Source: an uncultured Acidobacteriota bacterium (GTDB taxonomy: Bacteria; Acidobacteriota; UBA6911). Taken from it: DNA of 64,000 nucleotides. Location of the stretch: the NCBI GenBank assembly GCA_963809485.1, contig CAWEJX010000015.1, positions 64,001-128,000 of the forward strand, read 5' to 3'. Below, piece after piece: positions 11,714 to 24,366 of the stretch; position 1 is the stretch's first letter, and the number at the start of each line of letters is the position of its first letter. The position numbers and the translations under genes are program-made. Below the pieces are notes generated by a model. It worked only from the letters and a program-made list of their open reading frames with translations. It was not told the origin of the DNA and ran no database searches.

Positions 11714-12690
11714 CGCTGTCCGGTTCAGACGCACATCGGCGGCGAGCACTGTCTCAACGGTTCCCTCCGCCGTGCGCACAAGCAATGCCCCGTTTTCGTT
11801 CAGTCCGCAGGTGACCGCCGGGCGGCGGCCCGCTTCATCGGAGATCCAGACTGCGGCTCCATTCCACATGGAGGACAGACTCTTCCATCGATCGAGCACT
11901 TCCCGGCGCTTCCCCTGCTCGAAAATTTTATACCAATTTTGAAATTTCTTCAGGAAGCCGACGAGAATCTGCCGGCGCGGGACAAAGCTGTCGGCCATTT
12001 CATCCAGGCATCGCAGCCTCGATCCTTCAAATCCGGCGGCACGCTTCCTTCGTGAACATTCAGGCCCACCCCGACAATCGCGGTCTGGCTTTCTCCCCCG
12101 CCCGGCCCGGTTTCGAGCAGGATTCCCGCACATTTCTTTGCCGAAATCAGCACATCGTTGGGCCATTTAATGTCGATTGCGAGGGAGGCCCGTTTTTGTC
12201 GGAAGAAATCTTTCAGCGCCTCCACCAGTGCAACGGAGGCAACATGCGTCAACAGAGGCCACGCCGCGACAGGCTGTCCCGGCCTCACCACCAGGCTGAA
12301 ATAAAGCCCCGACCGGGCCGGCGAAAACCAGCTGTGCCCCTTTCTTCCCCGCCCCGCTGTTTGCTCTTCTGCAACTACCAGGGTTCCTGCCGGCGCGCCC
12401 TGCTGCGCCATTTTCAGCGCCTCTTCGTTCGTGGATTCGATGCTCAAAAATCCATGGACGCGCAGCCAGTCCCAGGCGACGGCCGGCGTTTCCCTCTGGA
12501 TCCAGTAGGGCACAAGCTGCTCCTGATCGTAGATCAGGCTCACCCGCTCATCGGCGGTTTTCAGTTGAAAGCCCCATTGCCGGCACAGCTCCAGCTCCAT
12601 TTGAAACGGGGCGGAGGCGCTCAGCGGCAGCCCGTGTTGCCCCACATGACCGAGATCGGTCAGAATCGACGGATATTTGAGTGTAGGCAT
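11711..12690 (-). CDS. birA: Biotin--[acetyl-CoA-carboxylase] ligase (frameshifted near 12010-12022)
   Basis: STNEEA, EQTAGRGRKG.SW.SP, IKWPNDV and KKCAGIL.E in ORF 11950-12795; C-terminal GLNENGALLV in ORF 11711-12166. Confidence 0.88.
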
Positions 12691-12691
12691 A

Positions 12692-15370
<2,679 letters not shown>

Positions 15371-15491
15371 TACCTCATTTCCGTTGGAAAACCCTGCTAG
15401 GGCAATAACAAAAGGAGAAATTCTATTCGAATCGGGAGACTTAGTCTAGCAGTTCGGCAAGCCGAAGATAAACACCATTTCACCCATTCTT

Positions 15492-15575
15492 AACACTAAC
15501 ACACGCAACACACGCCGATTTTTATTTCGATTTTCGGCGTTCGTCGGCGTTTTCGTCAGCGTATATCAGCGTTAT
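15492..15575. repeat. Degenerate CGCYGA/TCRGCG micro-repeat hairpin
   Basis: ACACGCCGATTTTT...TTTTCGGCGTTCGTCGGCGTTTTCGTCAGCGTATATCAGCGTTA. Confidence 0.7.
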
Positions 15576-15594
15576 GGATTCGTGGCGTTTTGGA

Positions 15595-16371
15595 TTAGGG
15601 TTTGTTGCGTTCTTCGATGATCCGCCGGATGATGGATTCGGAAAGCTCCGGGACGACTTCCCAGGCCACCTCGCGCACGACATCGGCCGATATCCGCTTC
15701 ACGACTCTTTCCACGATGGCGTCCAGGACTTCCTCCGACATCGGAATTCCGGAAACGGATGAAGACCGCGCAGCCACGACGGCCGGAGGCTCGAATTGTT
15801 TTGTGCCTGCAGCCGCCAGCGCATCCGAATCGAATAGATCCAGGATGCGATCGGAGCCCACAAAGGAATTCCAGATCCGAGCATTCACCATGCTCTTCAT
15901 TTTCATGCCTCCAGCCTTCCCGTTATACACGATCCCGGGAGGTTCCTCACGATTCGCGCCGGCGCTGTATTCGGCGAGGGTATCGCTGATTTCGGGATGC
16001 GCCCCGGCGCCCGTCAGCCTGTGAACGGTCTCGATAAGCTCTTCGGTGTCGAAAGGCTTCGTCAGGCGGCCGTCGCTCCTCACCCGCGACGCCTCCGATT
16101 CGTCAAAAGGCTCAAAAGCGCCCACCAGCAGCAGAACCGGCGTCTGAGACAGCGCAGGATCCTCCTTGATGCGGGCACAGACCTCGTAGCCGCTGCACCC
16201 GGGCATTAAAACATCGGCAAGAACGATGTCAGGTTTGAAATCTCTTATGGCATCCAGGGCGGAATCGCCGTCGGATGCCGATTCGACTACGGCATCCTCG
16301 CCGCTGAAGGCAAGCGATACAATTTTCTGAATCGTGACGCTGTCGTCCGCTACGAATATTTTCAGAGTCAT
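15595..16371 (-). CDS. Response regulator, RomR-like (receiver, linker, RomR-C-like helix)
   Basis: Receiver motifs VADD, LADVLMPG and TKPF; C-terminal VAWEVVPELSESIIR. Confidence 0.8.
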   Translation of the reverse strand: MTLKIFVADDSVTIQKIVSLAFSGEDAVVESASDGDSALDAIRDFKPDIVLADVLMPGCSGYEVCARIKEDPALSQTPVLLLVGAFEPFDESEASRVRSDGRLTKPFDTEELIETVHRLTGAGAHPEISDTLAEYSAGANREEPPGIVYNGKAGGMKMKSMVNARIWNSFVGSDRILDLFDSDALAAAGTKQFEPPAVVAARSSSVSGIPMSEEVLDAIVERVVKRISADVVREVAWEVVPELSESIIRRIIEERNKP

Positions 16372-16392
16372 CCCCAACTCAATTCATAAAGG

Positions 16393-17550
16393 TTATTTTC
16401 CGGTCTTTCTTTTCCGCTTGGCGGGCTCCTTCTTCTTCTCCTCGCTGCCCGTCGCGGCGCTGCCCGCCCCGGATCCCAATACCGTCGTGTCCTGCACTTC
16501 CCCCGTGGAGCTCTTTCTCAGGACGGTTTCAATCTGGATGCCATCCGTCGTCGTCTGCCCGCCGGCGCCCTGTTTGGCCAGTTGGGTGTCGCCGGTTTGA
16601 GGCTTTTCCGTTTCGATGGTTTTCTTGGCCTCCTCATACCGGTCGGGAGTTCCCACAAATCCCAGCGCCTTGCCGAAATCTATAAAAGGCTTCAGGGGAG
16701 AAAAGCCTTCGTCGGGCTTCAAACGCGCCTGGTTCTCGGCCGCAAGTTTCGTATCGACAATAGGCAGCGGCTTGCCCAGCAAATTCATGCGGGCTTTTGC
16801 CTCCTCGGCACGCTGGCTGAACGGATACCCTGAAATGACTTTCCCGTAATAAATGGCCGCCTCGTCGGGATTATTGCTTTTCTCCAGCGTGTCGCCCAAT
16901 CGGAAGTAAATGTCGTCCATGCGGGTAAAATTCGGATAGTGGTCGATGACTTCCTGGAAACGCCCGCGCGCTCCGGCATAGTTGCCGCGTTCCAGGTAGA
17001 ACTGCCCCACACCGAAATCCCCCAACGCGAGATTTTCCTGGACCTCGACCAGAAATCGCTTTGCGATCGGAATGTAATCGCTGTCAGGAAACTGCTCCAT
17101 CATTTTTCTTATGGCCGCTTCCGCCTTATAGGAATACTGCTGATCCCTGTCGGGAGTACGCATCATTTTCATGTTTGCCGAAATGATCTTCATCTGCGCA
17201 TCCGGAGCTTTGGGGTGCGCCGGGAAAAACACGATGAAATTGGTGTACTGGTCCTCCGACTGGATCCAGTTTTCGGTACCGCCTTCTTCATAAAACGAAT
17301 CGCCGATAGCCAGGTAGGATTCCGCGGCCATTTCACTGTCGGGGTAGGTATTGATCAGGGTCTGGAACGCGAGGCGCGCTTTGATGTACTGACTCTTTTC
17401 GAGATATTGCGATCCCGTCTCGAAAAGGGTCTTGTCGGGCGGCACGACGCTTTTCTGAAGCTTTGCGCCTTTCTGACCGCACCCCCAGGCGCAAAACAAA
17501 AGAATGCCCGGAAGCACACAGCGTAATATGGATTTCATCGCCGATTTCAT
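16393..17550 (-). CDS. bamD: Outer membrane protein assembly factor BamD
   Basis: Lipobox AWGC; TPRs with ARLAFQTLINTYPDS and DRDQ; VGQFY.ERGNY.GA.GRF. Confidence 0.88.
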   Translation of the reverse strand: MKSAMKSILRCVLPGILLFCAWGCGQKGAKLQKSVVPPDKTLFETGSQYLEKSQYIKARLAFQTLINTYPDSEMAAESYLAIGDSFYEEGGTENWIQSEDQYTNFIVFFPAHPKAPDAQMKIISANMKMMRTPDRDQQYSYKAEAAIRKMMEQFPDSDYIPIAKRFLVEVQENLALGDFGVGQFYLERGNYAGARGRFQEVIDHYPNFTRMDDIYFRLGDTLEKSNNPDEAAIYYGKVISGYPFSQRAEEAKARMNLLGKPLPIVDTKLAAENQARLKPDEGFSPLKPFIDFGKALGFVGTPDRYEEAKKTIETEKPQTGDTQLAKQGAGGQTTTDGIQIETVLRKSSTGEVQDTTVLGSGAGSAATGSEEKKKEPAKRKRKTGK

Positions 17551-17608
17551 CGCCTAACCGCCTCCTCATTCATCCAAAGGGGACGAAGCGTGGATACGAG
17601 GATTGGCG

Positions 17609-18292
17609 CTAGCCCGCATTTCTCATATACCGCTCGGCAATCCCCTTCATTTCCCGAAACGCTTCGGAAGCGTTTGCATGATTAAAAACAGCGGATCCGG
17701 CCACAATGATCTCAGCGCCCGCCGCGAGGACCTCGTGAAGATTATCCGGACCGATTCCGCCGTCGACTTCAATTCTGCACTCATACCCGTTGGACGCGAT
17801 CATTTCCTTGAGCCTGCGGATTTTCTTCAGGGTCGAAGGAATGAATTTCTGCCCGCCGAAGCCGGGGTTCACGGTCATGATAAGGACGTGGTCCGCCAAG
17901 TGCAGGACTTCATCCAGCAAGCTCAAAGAAGTGCCCGGGTTCATGGCGATCCCAGCCCGCACCCGGCTCTCCTTCAGGTAGCGCAGCGTGCGTTCCAGGT
18001 GCACATCCGCTTCCACATGCACCGAAATCCAGTCGGCGCCCGCCCGGATAAAGTCGTCCAGATACCGGTCCGGCTTTCGGATCATCAGGTGAGTATCCAG
18101 TTGCAGCTTCGTGATTTTCCGAACCGAAGCAACTACCGGCGGGCCGATGGTTATGTTGGGGACAAAATGCCCGTCCATTACATCCAGATGGACGAGTGAT
18201 GCCCCGGCGCTCTCCACTTTACCGATTTCGCAAGCCAGGTTGGAAAAATCCGCGGCTAAGATCGAGGGCGCTATCTCTATCGCCTGTCCCAA
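17609..18292 (-). CDS. rpe: Ribulose-phosphate 3-epimerase
   Basis: IAPSILAADF, HLDVMDGHFVPN, MTVNPGFGGQ, VDGGI. Confidence 0.97.
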   Translation of the reverse strand: MGQAIEIAPSILAADFSNLACEIGKVESAGASLVHLDVMDGHFVPNITIGPPVVASVRKITKLQLDTHLMIRKPDRYLDDFIRAGADWISVHVEADVHLERTLRYLKESRVRAGIAMNPGTSLSLLDEVLHLADHVLIMTVNPGFGGQKFIPSTLKKIRRLKEMIASNGYECRIEVDGGIGPDNLHEVLAAGAEIIVAGSAVFNHANASEAFREMKGIAERYMRNAG

Positions 18293-18427
18293 TTTCCTGT
18301 ACCACCTCAGAAGTCGTAATCCATTACGCCGTGAAGGGTATCACAGCATACCGGTCGATTTCAAGGCGCTACCCGTCTAAGGGCTTGCGCGAAAATAACT
18401 TGGACTTTCAAGGCACAACGCCTTGCG

Positions 18428-19723
18428 CTACGGCCGCCGCACCATCAGGGCGGCAAAAAAACCATCCCAAAGCCGTGTGGATGGAAAGGTGCGCACCATT
18501 ATGTCCTGCCCCGTCCAGGCCTCTATGCCCGGCGGATGGAGCGGCCGCGCCAAACCGAAATCCTTGTTTCCGGCAAGAAAGGATTCCACCACCCGTTCAT
18601 TCTCCTCAGGTTCCGTGGAGCAAGTCGAGTAAAGCAGCCGGCCGCCTGCCCGGACAGCCTTGGACACGGAGTCGAGCATGCGCTCCTGGGTCTGCTGCAG
18701 GGACGCCAGCCGCTCCGGCTGGAAATGCCACTTGATTTCCGGATTCCTGCGCAAAGTCCCCAGCCCGGAACAAGGGACATCCGCAACAACGGCATCGAAA
18801 CAATCCCGGAAAGGCGCCGGAGCACAGGCATCCGCAACCAGCACATCCGCCCGAGGGCCCTGAGCTTGTTTCAGGAGCCTCACCAGACGCGTAATCCGTT
18901 CGCCGCGCAAATCGCTTGCGACCGCCAATCCCCCGGTCCCGCATTGGCGGCGCAATATGTCGTATTTGCCTCCGGGAGCCGCACAAGCATCCCAGATCTT
19001 CCACCCCCGGATCGGTCCCAGCAAATGAGCAACAAGCTGGGAGGCCTCATCCTGGTAATGAATCCAAGACGGTTCACTTTGTTTACGACCGGAACCGGAA
19101 GACGTTTCAAAATATGCGTCCGGGACGATGTCCGACGGCTCCATCTCCGAATCCGGCCGCTCATCGGGATTCTCATTGATGCGCACGGTTGCACGCGGCG
19201 GAACATTGAGCGACAGGGCGAAGTCGCGAGCCTGCCCTTCCCCGTACCGTGCGGCCCAGCGGTCCCAAAGCCAGCGAGGCAGCGAAACACGCGCCCAGGG
19301 AGGCGCCTTGCGCAGGAAAGCCTCCTCCTGCCACGGACGGGCGCGCGCCAGGCGCCGCAACACTGCGTTCACAAAGCGGTCGATGCCGTCGCCCAACTCA
19401 ATCTTGGCCAGCTCGACCGCGTCGTTCACCAGCGCGTGGTCCGGCACGCGATCCATCCGCCACATCTGATAGAGGCTCATGCGCAGTAGAATCCTGGCGC
19501 CGGGCGTTACCTCCTGCCAGGGCCGGGAACTGGCGGCGGTAAGCACATAATCGAGCGTTCCCTGCCAACGCAGGGAACCGTATACGATTTCCGTCGTGAA
19601 ATGCCGGTCCCGGAGATCGAGCCGCTCCACGGCCGGCGAATTCAGCGCATCGTCGCTGAAAACCGTCCCGGCGTCGATGCGCCGCAGAAGGTCGTAGCAG
19701 GTCTTACGGGCAGGAGAAATCAT
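18428..19723 (-). CDS. rsmB: 16S rRNA m5C967 methyltransferase RsmB/Sun
   Basis: NusB-like N-terminus, QDEASQ, DACAAPGGK, DVPCSG, YSTCS; downstream of fmt. Confidence 0.93.
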   Translation of the reverse strand: MISPARKTCYDLLRRIDAGTVFSDDALNSPAVERLDLRDRHFTTEIVYGSLRWQGTLDYVLTAASSRPWQEVTPGARILLRMSLYQMWRMDRVPDHALVNDAVELAKIELGDGIDRFVNAVLRRLARARPWQEEAFLRKAPPWARVSLPRWLWDRWAARYGEGQARDFALSLNVPPRATVRINENPDERPDSEMEPSDIVPDAYFETSSGSGRKQSEPSWIHYQDEASQLVAHLLGPIRGWKIWDACAAPGGKYDILRRQCGTGGLAVASDLRGERITRLVRLLKQAQGPRADVLVADACAPAPFRDCFDAVVADVPCSGLGTLRRNPEIKWHFQPERLASLQQTQERMLDSVSKAVRAGGRLLYSTCSTEPEENERVVESFLAGNKDFGLARPLHPPGIEAWTGQDIMVRTFPSTRLWDGFFAALMVRRP

Positions 19724-19725
19724 CT

Positions 19726-19903
19726 GTTGAACGTTGAACGTTTGTACGTTTGCACGTTTGAACGTGAAACGTGGAAGGTGGAAACAGAATGGCCGGTATG
19801 AGCTAATCTTTCACTTTCCACGTTTCACTTTTCACGTTCCATTTTCCACGTCGAGGTTGAACGTTTAAACGTTCCAACGTGCAAACGTTCAACGTTCAAC
19901 GTT
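19726..19903. repeat. AACGTT-core 7/8-mer repeat array in inverted arrangement
   Basis: GTTGAACGTTGAACGTTTGTACGTTTGCACG...AACGTTCCAACGTGCAAACGTTCAACGTTCAAC fills the fmt-rsmB gap. Confidence 0.85.
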
Positions 19904-20840
19904 AAGTTATTGGGTCGCCGGGGCGGAGACGCGCGCCGCTGGCGAATGCACGGCCGCTCACGCGGCTTTTTCCCGGCATCTGCACTTCCAGAACATCCAG
20001 AACGGTCCCTTCGCCGCACTGCACACGAATGCCGTCCCGGGATAATCCCAACACTGTGCCTGCAGCCTTTGTTCCGGCCGTGCCTTCCTCTTCCGGCAGG
20101 CTGCGCCAGACCTGCAGGCGTTCGCTTCGGAAAAAGACGTACGCCCCCGGCCACGGATTCATTGCGCGGATACGGTTGTGAATGGAGCGGGCCGCGCTGC
20201 TAAAGGAAATTTGCGCCATCTCCTTGGTTATGCGCGGCGCCCAGGAAACCAGCTTTTCATCCTGGACGACGGGATGCACCGACTCCCGCTCCAGTTCTTT
20301 GAGTGTCTGGATCAGCAGGTCGGCGCCCATGACCGAAAGCCTTGCGGTAAGCTCGCCGGCTGTCATTTCGCGCGATATGGGGATTTCCCGCTGCAGCAGG
20401 ATCGGGCCGGAATCCAGCCCTTCCTCCATGAGCATGGTCGTGACGCCCGTAACGGCATCGCCATTGAGGATGGCCCAGGCGATCGGGGCCGCTCCCCGAT
20501 AGCGCGGAAGCAGCGAAGCATGGACGTTCACCGGCACAAGGCGCGCCGACCTCAGAACCCATCCGGGGAGAATCTGGCCGTAAGCTGCGGCAACGATAAA
20601 GTCCGCCTCGATGCCTCCAAATATTGCACGGTTTTCTTCACTGCGGATTCTTTCGGGTTGATAAACAGGAATCCCTCTCTGCAGGGCAGCCGCTTTGACC
20701 GGGCTTGCCTGCAGCTTGTGCCCGCGGCCCGCAGGACGGTCGGGCTGGGTGAATACGGCGGCAACTTCGTAGGAATGGTCGAGCAGCGCCTGCAGCGCCG
20801 GAACAGCAAATTCCGGGGTGCCCAGGAAAGCGACGCGCAT
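19902..20840 (-). CDS. fmt: Methionyl-tRNA formyltransferase
   Basis: FLGTPEFA, TQPDRPAGRG, NVHASLLPRYRGAAPI. Confidence 0.97.
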   Translation of the reverse strand: MRVAFLGTPEFAVPALQALLDHSYEVAAVFTQPDRPAGRGHKLQASPVKAAALQRGIPVYQPERIRSEENRAIFGGIEADFIVAAAYGQILPGWVLRSARLVPVNVHASLLPRYRGAAPIAWAILNGDAVTGVTTMLMEEGLDSGPILLQREIPISREMTAGELTARLSVMGADLLIQTLKELERESVHPVVQDEKLVSWAPRITKEMAQISFSSAARSIHNRIRAMNPWPGAYVFFRSERLQVWRSLPEEEGTAGTKAAGTVLGLSRDGIRVQCGEGTVLDVLEVQMPGKSRVSGRAFASGARLRPGDPIT

Positions 20841-20843
20841 GGA

Positions 20844-21353
20844 TCACCAGTCCCCGGCCTTTGCCAGTTTCTTGATCTTGTTTCGTATGAGGGACCGCTT
20901 CAGGGGGCTGAGGTGGTCGATGAAAAGCACCCCGTTGAGGTGATCGATTTCGTGGCTGAAACAGCGGGCCAGCAATCCATCGCCTTCAAATTCAACTTCC
21001 TCTCCCTCGGCGTTCCGGCCGCGGACTTTTATTCTCAAGGGGCGCGATATGGTCTCGCTGAATTCGGGCAGGCTCAGGCACCCTTCGTCGCACTTCTGCT
21101 CTCCTTCCTGATAAATGATCTCAGGGTTGCATAGCACGATCAGCTGGCCGGGATCTTCGCCGACAGACAGGTCGATGGTTGTCAGCTGGATCCCAAGGCC
21201 TACCTGAGGGGCCGCAAGGCCGATGCCCGGCGAACTGTACATAGTATCGATCATATTTTTGATGATTTTGCGTAATTCATCATCAAAAGTCTCAACCGGC
21301 TTGTTGACGGCCCTCAGCTCGGGCGCCCCATATCTCAGAATAGGCAGTATCAT
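20844..21353 (-). CDS. def: Peptide deformylase
   Basis: GIGLAAPQVG, EGCLS, HEIDHLNG. Confidence 0.97.
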   Translation of the reverse strand: MILPILRYGAPELRAVNKPVETFDDELRKIIKNMIDTMYSSPGIGLAAPQVGLGIQLTTIDLSVGEDPGQLIVLCNPEIIYQEGEQKCDEGCLSLPEFSETISRPLRIKVRGRNAEGEEVEFEGDGLLARCFSHEIDHLNGVLFIDHLSPLKRSLIRNKIKKLAKAGDW

Positions 21354-21402
21354 AAACACTAAATTTTAATAGAGATAACGCCATGTGTAAAGTGACAATC
21401 AA

Positions 21403-21917
21403 GTTGAAACGTGGAAACGTTGGAACGTTTGCACGTTGGAATGTTGAAAGGCCGGCAGTAGCCCCTAATTCTATTGGTAAACCCACGGCTCTGCCGGTGG
21501 ACTCATAGAGTTTGACAGCTCCGTATTTTGGAACGCTGAGATACGCTGACAAAAGCGCTGACAAACGCCGATCTGTTCGGCGAGGGTCGGCGAGCAAAAG
21601 CCGATGAGGCGCTTCCGATGGAGATTTCTGCGGCGGCACTGTGGCAAGCGCCGTGCGGCAAGGAGATTGAGGTTATGTGAAACAGGGCGTTTGCCACAGT
21701 GCCGCCGCAGAAATCTGTCCAGCGCGGAGCGCTGGCCCCTGCGGGGATCGGAAGCGCCTCATCGGCTTTTGCCCGCGTAAGTCAGCGTTCAAGACCAGCG
21801 TAACTCCTCCAACCGCTTTGAGCGGTTCCAATCTTTCAAGCCTCCGGCTTTGCCGGAGGTGCCTGACAGTCATTATTTTTCAACGTGCAAACGTTCCAAC
21901 GTTTAAACGTTCAACGT
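21403..21917. repeat. Nested composite of inverted repeats bounded by AACGTT arrays
   Basis: 21417-21440 matches the reverse complement of 21879-21902 at 23 of 24 bases; encloses the IS200-like element. Confidence 0.85.
21476..21867 (+). mobile_element. Non-autonomous element with both IS200/IS605-like ends and an extra inverted-repeat insert
   Basis: Left end GGTAAACCCACGGCTCTGCCGGTGGACTCATAGAGTTTGACAGCTCC; right end CCGCTTTGAGCGG...AAGCCTCCGGCTTTGCCGGAGGTGCCTGAC; no transposase ORF. Confidence 0.8.
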
Positions 21918-21968
21918 CCCAACCGGCGGTCCGGAAAGCAGCCTGAGCGCCACAGCAGGTTGCGGGCC

Positions 21969-23138
21969 TCAGTATTCATCAAGCAGCTGCAGGTAGTTGT
22001 GGTAGTTTGCCTCGATTTCGCCGACGGAATCGCCGCCGAATTTTTCCCGGAAGGCGCCCGCAAGTACCATGGCGAGCATGGCTTCCGCAACAGTGCCTGC
22101 GGCCGGGACCACGCAGGTGTCTCCCCGCTCAACTGCGGCATCGAAAGCTTTCTTGGATCCCACATCGGAAGACATTAGCGGCCGCCGCAGCGTCGGGATC
22201 GGCTTCAGGAAGACGCGCACGCGGATATCCGCGCCGTTGCTGATGCCGCCCTCGATGCCGCCCGCCCGGTTCGTCCGTCGAAGGAATCGCCGGGTCCCGG
22301 CATCATAATAAATTTCGTCGTGAAAGCCCGAGCCCGGCAACCGCGCTCCCTCGATCCCGCTTCCGATTTCAACCGCTTTGGCCGAAGGGATGCTCATCAT
22401 GGCCTGTGCAATCTGACCGTCCAGCCTCCGGTCCCACTGGATGTACGAACCGAGGCCGGGCGGGACGGGCCCTGCCGCCACCTCGATGACCCCGCCGAGA
22501 GTATCCCCTGCCTTTTCCGCTTCCTCGATGCGCGCCATCATGCGTTTTTCGGCCTCGGGATCGGCGCAGCGCAGGGGAGATGCCGCCAGTACCAGGATTT
22601 TTTCAATAGCCGGCTCCTCGAATCCGGCCGCAATGCGCTCGGAGCCGACTGCCACGCAGTGGCTCCCGATGCGTATGCCGAAACGATCGAGGAAGAGCCG
22701 GCAGAACGCCCCTCCGGCGACCCGCACCGCGGTCTCGCGCGCGCTGGCGCGTTCCAGCACGTCGCGTATATCGTGGGTCTGGTATTTGAGCGCGCCCGCA
22801 AGATCCGCGTGGCCCGGCCTGGGCCGGGTAACGGACCGCAGGTCCGACCCTTCCGGCGCCTCTTCCACCGACATCGGGATCTTCCAGTTTTCATAGTCCC
22901 TGTTGCGGATGCAAAAGGATATCGGGCTGCCCAACGTCTTTCCCTGGCGCACTCCCGACAGGATCTCGATATGATCCTGTTCTATCTGCATGCGGCCCCC
23001 GCGCCCTGGCCCGGCCTGGCGCCGGCGCAGTTCAAGGTCGATGAAACCGGTGTCAATCGCGATCCCGCGGGGCAATCCCTCCAGCACGCCAATCAGGCAT
23101 TTCCCGTGCGATTCCCCTGCCGTCACAAACCGGATCAT
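21969..23138 (-). CDS. aroC: Chorismate synthase
   Basis: TAGESHG, RPGHADL, ERASARETA.RVA, NRAGGIEGGISNG. Confidence 0.97.
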   Translation of the reverse strand: MIRFVTAGESHGKCLIGVLEGLPRGIAIDTGFIDLELRRRQAGPGRGGRMQIEQDHIEILSGVRQGKTLGSPISFCIRNRDYENWKIPMSVEEAPEGSDLRSVTRPRPGHADLAGALKYQTHDIRDVLERASARETAVRVAGGAFCRLFLDRFGIRIGSHCVAVGSERIAAGFEEPAIEKILVLAASPLRCADPEAEKRMMARIEEAEKAGDTLGGVIEVAAGPVPPGLGSYIQWDRRLDGQIAQAMMSIPSAKAVEIGSGIEGARLPGSGFHDEIYYDAGTRRFLRRTNRAGGIEGGISNGADIRVRVFLKPIPTLRRPLMSSDVGSKKAFDAAVERGDTCVVPAAGTVAEAMLAMVLAGAFREKFGGDSVGEIEANYHNYLQLLDEY

Positions 23139-23168
23139 ATCCCCTCGCTTCCCAATATTAATTACATT

Positions 23169-23420
23169 GGTAAATCCCCGGCTCTGCCGGGGGACTCAAA
23201 GAGTTTGACAGCTCCGTATTTTGAAACGCTGACATACGCTGACATACGCTGACATACGCTGACATGACGCTGACGTACGCTGAAAAAATATATAAATTTT
23301 TGTCGGCGTGGGTCGGCGTCCGTTCAGCGTAAGTCAGCGTTCAAGACCGGCGGAACTCCTCCAACCGCTTTGAGCGGTTCAAATCTTTCAGGCCTCCGGA
23401 TTTGCCAGAGGCACCTGACT
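23169..23420 (+). mobile_element. Non-autonomous element with both IS200/IS605-like ends and CGCTGACATA tandem cargo
   Basis: Same ends as 21476-21867; internal (ACGCTGACAT)x3 then GCTGAAAAAATATATAAATTTTTGTCGGC. Confidence 0.82.
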
Positions 23421-23559
23421 TCTATTTTCGTGCGAACGGCTCTCCGGAGATCGTCCGGTAAGGCGAAGGCCCGATATTCGCCTTTCGGCCACACATGCCT
23501 TTGCCCTTGACTTAATAAAGCGCCGCCCCATAAACTTTCGCGAGGCTCATTAGAAAGCT

Positions 23560-24366
23560 ATGCAAAACATACTGAGCAGAATGCTTGGATTTCCCTTCCG
23601 CATTCTCGCAAAATCCATCCTGGAAATTCAAGCCTACACCCTCTTGTCCGCCCGAGCCATCGCAAACCTTTTTACGCGCCCGATTTATTTTCGTGAGGTC
23701 CTGCTTCAGATGGATCGCATGGGCATCGGGTCGCTCATCATCATCATCCTGACCGGATTCTTTACCGGTGCGGTCATGGCTATTCAATCCGAGGGCGCCC
23801 TGCGCAGGTACGGCGCCGTCAGCATGACGGGCCAGCTTGTTTCCCTGACGGTGATCCGCGAGCTGGGCCCTGTGCTCTCCGCGTTGATGCTGGCCGGGCG
23901 CGTGGGCGCGGGCATCGCGTCGGAATTAGGCTCGATGGTTGTATCGGAGCAGATCAGCGCCATGCGTTCTCTGGGGACGGATCCCACCCGCCGGCTGGTG
24001 ACCCCCCGCATGATGGCCCTGGTCCTGATGCTGCCGCTCCTCACAATAGTCTGTGACTCGGTGGGCATGTTCGGCGGCTGGCTGATCGCGAAATACAAGC
24101 TCCTCATCAGCTCGAGCCAGTACTGGGCGGACGCAATCGACGCGATCCAGTTTTCCGACCTCGTCGGAACCTTCGTCAAGCCCGTCGTCTTCGGATTCAT
24201 CGTGTCGATCACCGGCTGCTACGTCGGGCTGCGTACCAGCGGCGGCACCGAGGGCGTCGGGAGATCCACGACCCAGGCGGTCGTCAGCAGTTCCGTCCTG
24301 GTTCTTGCGGCCGATTTTTTACTGAATAATATACTGATTTATCTGGCCCCCTATCTGAATGCATGA
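23560..24366 (+). CDS. mlaE: MlaE-family lipid ABC transporter permease
   Basis: RELGPVL.ALM.AGRVGAGIASELGSM...EQI.AM, GG.EGVG.STT.AVV. Confidence 0.93.
   Translation: MQNILSRMLGFPFRILAKSILEIQAYTLLSARAIANLFTRPIYFREVLLQMDRMGIGSLIIIILTGFFTGAVMAIQSEGALRRYGAVSMTGQLVSLTVIRELGPVLSALMLAGRVGAGIASELGSMVVSEQISAMRSLGTDPTRRLVTPRMMALVLMLPLLTIVCDSVGMFGGWLIAKYKLLISSSQYWADAIDAIQFSDLVGTFVKPVVFGFIVSITGCYVGLRTSGGTEGVGRSTTQAVVSSSVLVLAADFLLNNILIYLAPYLNA

Noticed and set aside
21503-21946. Small ORFs inside the nested element as a transposase or toxin
   Set aside because: No HUH/Y1 or other motif; they are translations of inverted repeats.
23226-23345. Tandem ACGCTGACAT units as a CRISPR array
   Set aside because: Units are about 10 bp with no unique spacers, and there are no cas genes in the window.
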